Source: Mizuhopecten yessoensis
Taxonomy: Eukaryota
Reading direction: 5' to 3'
NCBI RefSeq assembly: GCF_002113885.1
Contig: NW_018408645.1
Span: forward strand, 876,107 to 940,106
Length of the DNA stretch: 64,000 nt
The notes under the pieces were generated by a model. It did no database searches and was not told the origin of the DNA. It saw only the letters and a list, made by a program, of their open reading frames with translations. Of this stretch, positions 49,735 through 62,400 are shown piece by piece. The translations under genes were made by a program, and so were the position numbers. How positions within the stretch are numbered: the stretch's first letter is position 1; the number at the start of each line of letters is the position of its first letter.

Positions 49735-51280
49735 AAACGACAAAACATATTACAGCGTCAACACAAAACGTCGAAAGCATACCATAGCGTCAACACACCA
49801 TGACAAAAGCATACCATAGCGTCAACACACCATGACAAAAGCATACCATAGCGTCAACACACCACGACAAAAGCATATCAAAGCGTCAACACACAACGAC
49901 AAAAGCATACCATAGCGTCAACACACAACACCAAAAGCATATCCTAGCGTAAACAAACAAGGACAAAAGCATACCCTAGCGTCAACACATCACGACAAAA
50001 GCATACCATAGCGTCAACACACAACGACAAAAGCATACCCTAGCGTCAACACACCACGACAAAAACATACCATAGCGTCAACACACAAGGAAAAAAGCAT
50101 ACCATAGCGTCAACACACAACGACAAAAGCATACCAAAGCGTCAACAAACAACGACAAAAGCATACCATAGCGTCAACACACAAGGACAAAAGCATAACA
50201 TAGCGTCAACACACCACGACAAAAGCATACCATAAGGTCAACACACAACGACGAAAGCATAACGTAGCGAAAACACACAAGGACAAAAGCATACCCTAGG
50301 GTCAACACACCAAGACAAAAGCATACCATAGCGTAAACAAACAAGGACGGAAGCATACCATAGCGTCAACACACAACGACAAAAGCATACCATAGCGTCA
50401 ACACACAAGAACAAGGCATACCATAGCGTCAACACACAACGACAAAAGCATACCATATCGTCAACACACAACGACAAAAGCATACCATAGCGTCAACACA
50501 CAAGGACAAAAGCATACCCTAGCGTCAACACACAACGACAAAAGCATACCATAGCGTCAACACACAATGACAAAAGCATACCCTAGCGTCAACACACCAC
50601 GACAAAAACATACCGTAGCGTCAACACACCACGACAAAAGCATACCCTAGCGTAAACAAACAAGGACAAAAGCATACCCTAGCGTCAACACTTCACGACA
50701 AAAGCATACCCTAGCGTCAACACACCACGACAAAAGCATACCATCGTTTCAACACACAAGGACATAAGCATACCCTAGCGTCAACACACAAGGACAAAAG
50801 CATACCCTAGCGTCAACACACAAGAACAAAAGCATACCATAGCGCCAACACACAACGACAAAAGCATACCCTTGCGTCAACACACAAGGACAAAAGCATA
50901 CCATAGCGTCAAAACACAAGGACAAAAGCATACCATAGCGTTAACACACAATAACAAAAGCATACCATAGCGTCAACACACAACAACAAAAGCATACCAT
51001 AGCGTCAACACACAAGGACAAAAGCATACCCTAGCGTCAACCCACCAAGACAAAAGCATACCATAGCGTAAACAAACAAGGACAGAAGCATACCATAGCG
51101 TTAACACACAATAACAAAAGCATACCATAGCGTCAACACACAACAACAAAAGCATACCATAGCGTCAACACACAACGACAAAAGCATACCATATCGTCAA
51201 CCCACAACGACACAAGCATACCATATCGTCAACCCACAACGACACAAGCATACAATAGCGTCAACACACAACGACATAAA
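49735..51280. repeat. 32-bp minisatellite
   Basis: Unit gacaaaagcataccatagcgtcaacacacaac. Confidence 0.95.
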
Positions 51281-51739
51281 AGGACAAAATACACTAATTT
51301 GATGTATAACTAAAAACACAGATTTAAGAATTTTCAATCAATGCTGCACCCTAGAATGCTCCAGATGACATCAGACATTCAGTTTTTTCACGTTTGGTGC
51401 GAAAATTCGCAAATATGAATGCAAAAATTCAAGGACAATCTGCTTCAAAATAGTGCTACATTGCAGTACCAAAATCGGGACACTAGTAGGGAAAAGTCAC
51501 AAGAAATGTGCATGCTGTGCAAATAAGTATTTTTAAATTGAAAGTATTGATTTAAAGGTGCTGATATACCAATAAAACATCATATGAACTTTATTTACAG
51601 ACACTTATGGTTAGTTACTTTTAGTTTGTAAATAATGACGAAAATGTAACATTCTAATTTGAAGCGCCATGCGACGTTATTTATTTTCAATTTTTGTAAG
51701 TGATTTTTCACAACCCTATTATTTCACAACTAATGGTAG

Positions 51740-52126
51740 TGTAAAAGATGTGGATAAATTAGGTTACCTTACAAGCGTCAGCTGTAGGGAATTTCCCTTT
51801 AGCTCAACGGTAGAGCATCGGGCTTGAGAGCCAAGGGTCGCGGGTTTGAGCCCCTGCGACGGTAATATCTTTATCACTATTCCTCGTCCTTCTACAGACT
51901 GGTGCCGTTGACCCTCCCTGTTCAAGGTAGGAGAACCCTTGGTTGGGAGTCAAAGAACCTGGGTTGGTGTTTGAAAAAAGGATGGAATAGTGTAAAAGAT
52001 GTGGATAAATTAGGTTGCCTTACAAGCGTCAGCTGTAGGGAATTTCCCTTTAGCTCAACGATAGAGCATCGGGCTGGAGAACCAAAGGTTGCGGGTTCGA
52101 GCCCCAGCGACGGCACTATCCGTACA
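51740..52126 (+). mobile_element. Non-autonomous miniature LTR retrotransposon (TRIM) with tRNA-like sequence inside the LTRs (Ajax-like)
   Basis: 5' LTR 51740-51896 (TGTA...TACA); PBS-like TGGTGCCGTTGAC at 51900, resembling a tRNA-His PBS; ~94 bp internal region; PPT gaaaaaaggatggaatag at 51973-51990; 3' LTR 51991-52126 (TGTA...TACA); 4-bp TSD GTAG at 51736-39 and 52127-30. Each LTR has an A box (TAGCTCAACGGT/GAT) and a B box (GGTTCGAGCCC/GGTTTGAGCCC). Confidence 0.85.
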
Positions 52127-52203
52127 GTAGTCTAGTTCGGAAAAGAAATTCATTCAGAACGAAAGATATGCCATGTTCTGCTAAATACTTTTTTCATCTC
52201 CAG

Positions 52204-52270
52204 ATTGATTGATTGATTGATAGCTTTTATGTCCGTTACACTACCGAGTAGTTCGGTTATCCAGCAGACG
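52204..52270 (-). mobile_element. Second copy of the (CAAT)n-tailed retroposon 3' fragment
   Basis: (GATT)n plus cactaccgagtagttcggttatccagcagacg is the reverse complement of 4788-4859. Confidence 0.65.
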
Positions 52271-53432
52271 ATTATTCCAAATATAAGCCAAATTTTATAG
52301 GGTGTCCCAATTTGGGTACAGCTACAACTGTTTCGCGATTACGTAACCATGGCTATATTTCCGGTTGTTATCAAAATGAAATGATAATGATATCTATTTA
52401 GGAAAAGTGACCCAAATTATTGGGATCGGTACTATATGGTATGAAATACATCAATATTTCACTAAAAAGTGTCCCGACTTGAGTACTTGACGTTATCGCC
52501 ACTTCTCCTAGATCCCTAACGCTCCATCTAGATCCGCGTCATGAATTTCAAAGCTCGCCAGGTAGAACTTAATATGTGTATTTTTAACAAGATATCTAAT
52601 CTATCTGGGGCCCAGCTACCCGATAATTTCTTACACAAGTACACACTGGCTCTTCGGACTTTGAACTCTTATTTTATTAAGAGTTATTTCCCTTCCCACG
52701 GACAACAGCAAACAGACGACAAAGGTCCGATGTACAAGACAACTGTTGATACTTAATGAACATCTCCCCCTGTCTCCGTCTTGTGTCCTGGGGATATTGA
52801 CTCGTTACTTAGATTTCTCAGAAGCAGGTAAGTTGTCGAATGCTCATTCTGACTGTTTTGAAACTTGGTAAAGAACTGAACCGTGCGGGGGTGTAAACGC
52901 ACTAAATATCGACGTGGTAGACGTTTTCCAGGTTCCGGATATTAAGTTTTGAAAGTAGAAAATTATGTAGGCGTTAGTTTTGCGTGAATCATTTAAGCCG
53001 AAATAATTTATATATGTGTTTTACAGCCATAGTGTTTTTGAAGATTGATTATACTTTTGGAACATCGTGAAATTTACTGTCAGTGAAAAATAGGTACATA
53101 CGTTTCATAATTAATTTTGTATCAAATGTAAAAAAAAAAATACGGAAAAGTCAGCTTGCGAAATTCAATATACCCGGAATAAAAAAATAAAAAAATCTGC
53201 ATATTTATTTTAATCTTTGACATACGACCAAAAATTAACACAGCGACTTCAGTACATTGCATAACTATTTATTTATAACGTCAGTGGAACAAAACTTGAT
53301 AACTTTTTTTTTTATAGTATTTTGTTATCATGCATTTGATTCGAAAGCAAAGCTTTGTAGATCTACTTAATATTTACTTAATAACATATTTAAGATTTGC
53401 AGTCGTGTCGATTTCAGCCGAAGAAAAGCAAG

Positions 53433-56400
53433 ATGGGAGAAACCTTCATGGAGCAAGTCCGGGACTTTTACTATTCTTCAATGGCACGGGGAGGTAAACA
53501 GTGGATTTACTACAGTCTTATCAAATTTGACATTTCACAACCTTTAATAAAACAGACGTTAGTCAATTAAAATTTCTAAAATAAATATTAACGTTAATAA
53601 TTACTGAATTAACGAAAATATGAAATAAAAACGGGGTAGGATACTTGTCATTTTTTGTAAAGACATTCAATTGAATTTTTTGACTTGGTGATAAATATAG
53701 TGCATATTTTCATGAAATTAAATAGCACGAGTTCAAAAACGATCAATGAAATATCTTATTAATATAACCGTATTCCAGGTAAATGATACCATCAACTTTA
53801 TCTTTATGTATCATTAATATTATGAAATATATTTAAGGCATTTTCTACAGAAGCATTACATATAAATCACTTCTTGCTACGCATTTTACAGAAATGAAGT
53901 CGTTTGAAATTTGAGGTTTTGAAACCAGAAATGAAAATAAACAAATAAAAAAAGAATAAAAACTGCTGGGGTCAAACTTGAACGTTTCCATTGCCAAATA
54001 TTCACTTGTCCGATGTAGAAATAAAATTACACGTATACAAAGTACCAAAATGTAAGGTGAATATCTTGATAAGACAAGGGAGGTTACTCTAAGTAAAAAA
54101 AAGACGTATTCTGTTGCTTTATTGTCTATTTAAAAGGGAGAATACTCAAAATCGAAAAAGCAGGTCTTAACACCTGATTGAACGGTATTTTTGCATGAAC
54201 TAGCAAAATAAACACTTTTTTGTTTATAAAAAATTAATCCAGAAATATCACAACCGCTATAAAAGCCGACAAACGTAACTATATATAGTTGTATTTTTGT
54301 TTGCAAACTTTTTGACTAGGTACTATATATATATGTTAACTTATCTGTGACGTGAACAGGTCAATGTTAGCTATTGTTGGTGAGGCCGGGCCACATGCAC
54401 TTTGTTAATTGTGTTTACAGACAAGAGAGTAGAGAATTGGTTACTGATGGGAAACCCGGCGATCATCTCGGTGATCTTCATGTCCTATCTCGTAGTGGTC
54501 CTTGCTGGCCCCGCCCTGATGAGAGACAGACAGCCTGTCCCTCTGAAATGGGTGCTCCTCCCCTACAATTTCTTCTGTGTCTGTCTCGCAGCCTACATGT
54601 TTTACGAGGTAAGTGTCTAGCTTTATTACAAAACACACATTTTTGTCTTGAATACTGTAATGATAAGGGAATGATTCTAGCGTTTCAACTCTTTTTTGAT
54701 GACAATTGAAATCCCTAAAAGTCGCTGCCAACTTGGGAAATCATCTATCCAAAAAAGGACTAGGGTTGTGGTTGGTCAAAATGGAGAAAAAAACCCTGAA
54801 AATATGCCTTTTTTTCGAAAAAATCAGCAGCTAGATTTCCTCTAACTCGGAAAACTCTTCCACATCCGCCTCCTAAAATGACGATAAAATGTATATCCAT
54901 GATTTTTAAATTCGCAGTGGGTACCGGATCTCATTAGGTTTTATCTGACAAAATTGCTAGAAAGTACACAGGCCCTATAGATACTGGGGTGTTTTTATAT
55001 TTCGCTTGCCTTGAGAAGTACCGGGACCATAATTATGAACCATGTGGAATATATTGATAAACATTATTACATTGTACAGTATATATTTCCTTTTCAGCAC
55101 ACTCTAGAAAATATTTGACTGTCATGAGTAATACAGTACCAATGGTTTTTTACTTCTAATGTCTCAATCCTTTGATATATTTTGTTAAAAAGGATGCATC
55201 ATCGAAGGGCTCTAAGTGGCAGTCTAAATGGATACTATCTCGTTTGTGATGGACGAATGAAATGTTGTTCAATAAAACGATACCTTAAACCACAATTAAC
55301 CAAACACCTCCAGCTAAAAAGAGCATTGTCGTTATATGTGTACAAACACATTCAGATTCCCGTTGGAAAAGACAAATTTATAGATTTCTCTTCGAAAAAT
55401 GTAACGATCTGTTTGGTAGTAAATGTTTGGAAGTTGGAAGATGGAACATAGAGACAATTTCTGCGACATCAATATATCATATCAATATTATGATTAAAGT
55501 TTCAGCTACTTGGTATCAAGGAAACTTTTCTTTGAACTGAGCACCAAGATGCGCATATGTATGTCTGTAGTTATGTATGTCTGTAGTTATGTTGTCTGTA
55601 GTTATGTATGTCTGTAGTTATGTATTAGTTATGTATGTCTGTAGTTATGTATGTCTGTAGTTATGTATGTTATGTATGTCTGTAGGTTATGTATGTCTGT
55701 AGTTATGTATGTCTGTAGTAATGTATGTCTGTAGGTATGTATGTCTGTAGTTATGTTGTCTGTAGTTATGGACGACAACCATATCATTGTTGGTATCCCA
55801 TGTTCCACCGTAAATGGTACTAGTACTTCCCCTGGTTCAGTGCTAGTACTACCCCTGCTACAGTACTAGTACTACCTCTGCTACAGTACTAGTACTACCC
55901 CTGCTACAGTGCTAGTACTACCCCTGCTACAGGGCTAGTACTACCCCTGCTACAGTACTAGTACTACACCTGCTACAGTACTAGTACTACCCCTGCTACA
56001 GTGCCAGTACTACCCCTGCTACAGTACTAGTACTACCCCTGCTACAGTCCTAGTACTACCCCTGCTACAGTGCTAGTACTACTCCTGCTACAGTACTAGT
56101 ACTACCCCTGCTACAGTGCCAGTACTACCCCTGCTACAGTACTAGTACTACCCCCTGCTACAGTACTAGTACTACCCCTGCTACAGAACTAGTACTACCC
56201 CTGCTACATAACTAGTAATACCCCTGCTACAGAACTAGTACTACCCCTGCTACAGAACTAGTACTACCCCTGCTACATAACTAGTACTACCCCTGCTACA
56301 GAACTAGTACTACCCCTGCTACAGAACTAGTACTACCCCTGCTACATAACTAGTACTACCCCTGCTACAGAACTAGTACTACCCCTGCTACAGTACTAGT

Positions 56401-59400
56401 ACTACACCTGCTACAGTACTAGTACTACCCCTGCTACAGAACTAGTACTGCCCCTGCTACAGTACGAGTACTACCCCTGCTACAGTGCTAGTACTACCCC
56501 TGCTACAGTGCTAGTACTACCCCTGCTACAGTGCTAGTACTACCCCTGCTACAGTACTAGTACTACCCATGCTACAGTACTAGTACTACCCCTGCTACAG
56601 TACTAGTACTACACCTGCTACAGTACTAGTACTACCCCTGCTACAGAACTAGTACTGCCCCTGCTACAGTACGAGTACTACCCCTGCTACAGTGCTAGTA
56701 CTACCCCTGCTACAGAACTAGTACTACCCCTGCTACATAACTAGTAATACCCCTGCTACAGAACTAGTACTACCCCTGCTACAGTGCTAGTACTACTCCT
56801 GCTACAGTACTAGTACTACCCCTGCTACAGTGCTAGTACTACTCCTGCTACAGTACTAGTACTACCCCTGCTACAGTACTAGTACTACCCCTGCTACAGA
56901 AGCCACCGTTACAGAGTCAGAATCTCTCTTTTTCACCACAAATTTCAGTAATTGATGGCGATTGACAGAGTTCAATAATTTCGGAATCGACGGAAGACGC
57001 CACTCAGAATATCCTAACATTAATCACAGAATTAGACAGATAATTGCCAAAAATCTAGATAGAAAATAGTCAAACATCCAGAAAGGCGCTGGCAAACATA
57101 TCAGACATGTAAAATATCTTGTAGAAATGTATTTGAAAACTTGCAGAACTTAGTGTTTACAGATTTCGAAGAGACTATAATCCTTTTCATCGTTGTATGT
57201 GGGAACTATCTTCTTGACATAGACAGTTCTCCATCAAAGGACGCCTGTGTGAGCAAGAATGATGTTATTTGTGTATTTTGTGACCTGTATCAGGTTAGAT
57301 AACTCCAATACAGGTGTAGTCTTATAACCCTGGTCATATTACCAGCGTGTTTAAACTGATACTAGCGATACGCAGTTGTTAAAGAGTTGCCATAGTAGTT
57401 ATTGTGCTTCGGGTCGGATGTTTTTGAAAAGTACTTGTGATAACACGCAAACCTGTTACTTCGTGTGATGTGACCTTGAAGTTCTAAATAACGTTTTTTA
57501 ATAACTTACCTTTTTTCCTTTATTTTTTTTTTTACAGTTTCTTGTCACTTCTCTCCTATCCAACTACAGCTACTTGTGTCAGCCAGTTGACTATAGTAAT
57601 AGCCCCCTAGCCTTAAGGGTGAGTGTTTTATATAACATTACAATAAGCTAAGTCAGTATCAACAGTCCCCTAGCCTTAAGGGTGAGTGTTTTATATAACA
57701 TTACAATTAGCTATGTCAGTATCAACAGTCCACTAGCCTTAAGGGTGAGTGTTTTATATAACATTACAATTATCTATGTCGGTATCAACAGTCCCCTAGC
57801 CTTAAGGGTGAGTGTTTTATATAACATTACAATTAGCTATGTCGGTATCAACAGTCCCCTAGCCTTAAGGGTGAGTGTTTTATATAACATTACAATTATC
57901 TATGTCGGTATCAACAGTCCCCTAGCCTTAAGGGTGAGTGTTTTATATAACATTACAATTATCTATGTCGGTATCAACAGTCCCCTAGCCTTAAGGGTGA
58001 GTGTTTTATATAACATTACAATTATCTATGTCGGTATCAACAGTCCCCTAGCCTTAAGGGTGAGTGTTTTATATAACATTACAATTATCTATGTCGGTAT
58101 CAACAGTCCCCTAGCCTTAAGGGTGAGTGTTTTATATAACATTACAATTATCTATGTCGGTATCAACAGTCCCCTAGCCTTAAGGGTGAGTGTTTTATAT
58201 AACATTACAATTATCTATGTCGGTATCAACAGCCCCCTAGCCTTAAGGGTGAGTGTTTTATATAACATTACAATTAGCTATGTCAGTATCACCAGTCCCC
58301 TAGCCTTAATGGTGAGTGTTTTATATAACATTACAACTACCAATGTCGGTATAAACAGTCCCCTAGCCTTAAGGGTGAGTGTTTTATATAACATTACAAT
58401 TATCTATGTCGGTATCAACAGTCCCCTAGCCTTAAGGGTTAGTGTTTTATATAACATTACAATATTAGCTATGTCGGTATCAACAGCCCCCTAGCCTTAA
58501 GGGTGAGTGTTTTATATAACATTACAATTAGCTATGTCAGTATCACCAGTCCCCTAGCCTTAATGGTGAGTGTTTTATATAACATTACAATTAGCTATGT
58601 CAGTATTAACAGTCCCCTAGCCTTAAGGGTGAGTGTTTTTTATAACATTACAATTATCTATGTCGGTATCAACAGTCCCCTAGCCTTAAGGGTTAGTGTT
58701 TTATATAACATTACAATATTAGCTATGTCGGTATCAACAGCCCCCTAGCCTTAAGGGTGAGTGTTTTATATAACATTACAATATTAGCTATGTCGGTATC
58801 AACAGTCCCCTAGCCTTAAGGGTGAGTGTTTTTTATAACATTACAATTATCTATGTCGGTATCAACAGTCCCCTAGCCTAACATTACAATTATTTATGTC
58901 GGTATCAACAGTCCACTAGCCTTAAGGGAGAGGGTTTTATATAACATTGCAATATTAGCTATGTCGGTATCACCAGCCCCCTAGCCTTAACGGTGAGTGT
59001 TTTATATAACATTACAATTAGCTATGTCAGTATCAACAGTCCTATAGCCTTAAGGGTGAGTGTTTTATATAACATTACAATTAGCTATGTCAGTATTAAC
59101 AGTCCCCTAGCCTTAATGGTGAGTGCTTTATATAACATTACAAGTATTTATGCCAATATAAGTGAGTTTTCTATGCCAACAACACCTATCCACTAGCTTT
59201 AAGGGTGCGTTTTCTATTGAAAACATTACAATAACCTACATCAAAGCAACAGTTTCATATCGAGACGATATAAGTCCTACCTTTTTCACTAGTAGCCACT
59301 TTTGTCATCCAATTGAGTAGGCCGACAATTTTAACATTTGACTGTTTTCTTAGTTAGTTATATCATAGTTCATAGACATCTATTATATCAAAACATACAA

Positions 59401-62400
59401 TTTAAACATCTTTAAAAAGAGATCGACATTCTCTACATTTTACTGGAAGTAAAAGATATTCAAAACAGATCCGCATCTCTTCTGATTATCAATTATCATG
59501 TTCTCATGTGATGTTTTTCAGATGGCTAATGTTTGCTGGTGGTTTTTCTTCTCAAAAGTCATCGAACTTTTAGACACGGTAAGTTTAACTGCTATATTGT
59601 CTGTTAAGAATCGGAATGCATAGACAACAATGGATGTGCAGCCTCGTTAGTCTAGCCATCGCTAATCTGGTTGTCCGTCTATCCTGCAATACCTCATCAG
59701 GGTGTCGAACTATCGAACCATCACTAATGTGGTTGTCCGTCTATCCTGCCATCACTAATCTGGTTGTCCGTCTATCCGACATCCCTAATCTGGTTGTCCG
59801 TCTATCCTGCCATCACTAATCTGGTTGTCCGTCTATCCGACATCACTCATCTGTTTGTCCAATACCCAGCCATCACTAATCTGGTTGTCCGTCTATCCAG
59901 CTACTACTAAACTGGGGGTTCGTCTATCCAGCCATCACTCATCTGGTTGACCGTCTATCCAGCCATCACTAATCTGACTGTCCGTCTATCCTGCCATCAC
60001 TAATCTGGTTGTCCGTCTATCCGACATCACTTATCTGTTTGTCCAACTACCCAGCCATCACTAATCTGGTTGTCCGTCTATCCAGCTACTACTAAACTGG
60101 TTGACCGTCTATCCAGCCATCACTAATCTGACTGTCCGTCTATCCAGCCATCACTCATCTGGTTGACCGTCTATCCAGCCTACTACTAAACTGGTTGACC
60201 GTCTATCCAGCCATCCCTAATCTGACTGTCCGTCTATCCAGCCATCACTCATCTGGTTGACCGTCTATCCATCACTAATCTGGTTGACCGTCTATCGCAC
60301 CATCACTAATCTGGTTGTACGTCTATCAAGCTTCCACTAAACTGTTTGGCCGTCTATCCAGCCATTACTAATCTGACTGTCCGTCTATCCTGCCATCACT
60401 CATCTGGTTGTACGTCTATCCAGCTTCCACTAAACTGGTGGTTCGTCTATCCAGCCATCACTAATCTGGTTGACCGTCTATCCAGCCATCACTAATCTGG
60501 TTGACCGTCTATCCTGCCATCACTCATCTGGTTGACCGTCTATCCAGCCAGCACTAATCGGGTTGACCGTCTATCCAGCCATTACTGATCTGACTGTACG
60601 TCTATCCAGCCATCACTCATCTGATTGACCGTCTATCCAGCCATCACTATTGTCCGTCTATCCAGCTACTACTAAACTGGTTGACCGTCTATCCAGCCAT
60701 TACTGATCTGACTGTACGTCTATCCAGCCATCACTCATCTGATTGACCGTCTATCCAGCCATCACTATTGTCCGTCTATCCAGCTACTACTAAACTGGTT
60801 GACCGTCTATCCAGCCATCACTCATCTGGTTGACCGTCTATCCAGCCATCACTAATCTGGTTGATCGTCTATCCATCACTAATCTGGTTGACCGTCTATC
60901 CAGCCATTACTAATCTGACTGTACGTCTATCCAGCCATCACTAATCTGGTTGACCGTCTATCCTGCCATCACTCATCTGGTTGTACGTCTATCCAGCCAT
61001 CACTCATCTGGTTGACCGTCTATCCAGCCATCACTAATCTGGTTGACCGTCTATCCATCACTTATCTGGTTGACCGTCTATCCAGCCATCACTCATCTGG
61101 TTGTTCGTCTATCCAGCCATCACTCATCTGGTTGTACGTCTATCCAGCCATCACTCATCTGGTTGTACGTTTATCCAGCCCCTGCTTTACTGATTGTGTT
61201 TGGTGTCAGTCATCACATGTCTTGTTGTCCCAGTATCCAGCTGCTACAAATTTACCTATCCCCTATCCAGCCAAAACTGTTTTGGTTGTCCCTTTATCAA
61301 GCCACTACTAATCCCGTTGTTGCTCTATCATGCTTCGTTTACACAGCCATCACTGATATGTCTGCCTCTGTATCTTCAAATGTTTTAGGAGACAACTAGA
61401 CATTTTCCTATATTATCTTGGCCCAATTATCCAGCAATCTGATAATCAAGTTAATTTGCAGGGAACGGAAGTCACTGGATAACTATTATGTTTCTACTCA
61501 TCATTGGAGGTTCATTAAAGCTCTAAAATAAATGTTCTCATCAAACTTTATAGAATCATACATTCGTTTAGTTACATTTAATAAAATATGATTTTTGGAC
61601 ATTGCAGGTTTTTTTCATCATGAGAAAAAAGTTTGACCAGGTATCTTTCTTACACGTGTATCACCATTGTACTATGATAATCAACTGGTGGCTAGGTGTC
61701 AAGTACATTGCGGGGGGTCAAGGTAAGATATTCGCCATTCTATACTTTTGAACCTTTTTTTTAATTCATAACTGGATTTTAATAAAGATGTCAAACATAA
61801 CTGAAATTGACAATTCTAAAACAATACATCAGTATATATCATCCTGTCAGAGTATCCAGTTTCGCCTGTGCTTTTTTGGTATCGTTATGTCGAGAGGTTG
61901 CCTGTCTCTTGATTCTGATCTTAAATATCCATAAATTGTGATTAAAATTAGTCGAATAAATTTTGTTCTGTTTGCAGCATTTTTTATAGGGATGTTGAAC
62001 TCTTTTGTACACATCATAATGTATTCCTACTACTTCCTGTCTGGTGTCGGACCACACATGCAAAAGTATCTTTGGTGGAAACGCTACCTCACAAGACTGC
62101 AGTTGGTAGGTAATTCTATATATCTTAACACTATTTAGTAAAACCCAAGCCCACAAAATGTGATTAATTCGATGGCAAGTTGATATCTGATCTTGTTAAT
62201 GGGTGGGTGATTGATACTAAAGTCGACCCCACCCCACCCCCAATCTACAGAGGATTAAATTAAGATACGTTAGTGAATCAAGTATGATGATGGTAAACTA
62301 AATTTGTCCCCGACCGAAAGCATAATAATGAACTCACTTGTCCTCAACCTGAAGCCCACTACACAAAAACTTCCCTGGTCCCCAACCTGAAATTTACTTA

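Noticed and set aside
8354-51155. Numerous 60-136 aa low-complexity ORFs in minisatellites
   Set aside because: Periodic translations of tandem repeats with no splice or domain support.
51795-52112. Two tRNA genes (Ser-like anticodons TGA/GGA)
   Set aside because: Acceptor and anticodon stems do not pair and there is no long variable arm. They lie inside the LTRs of a TRIM.
57682-58494. 270-aa repetitive ORF as an independent gene
   Set aside because: It is a translation of the 63-bp intronic minisatellite with a GTG start, separated from exon 3 by an in-frame TAA.
8270-61180. CRISPR-like 28-40 bp repeat arrays
   Set aside because: The units are contiguous without unique spacers, there are no cas genes, and the context is eukaryotic and intronic.
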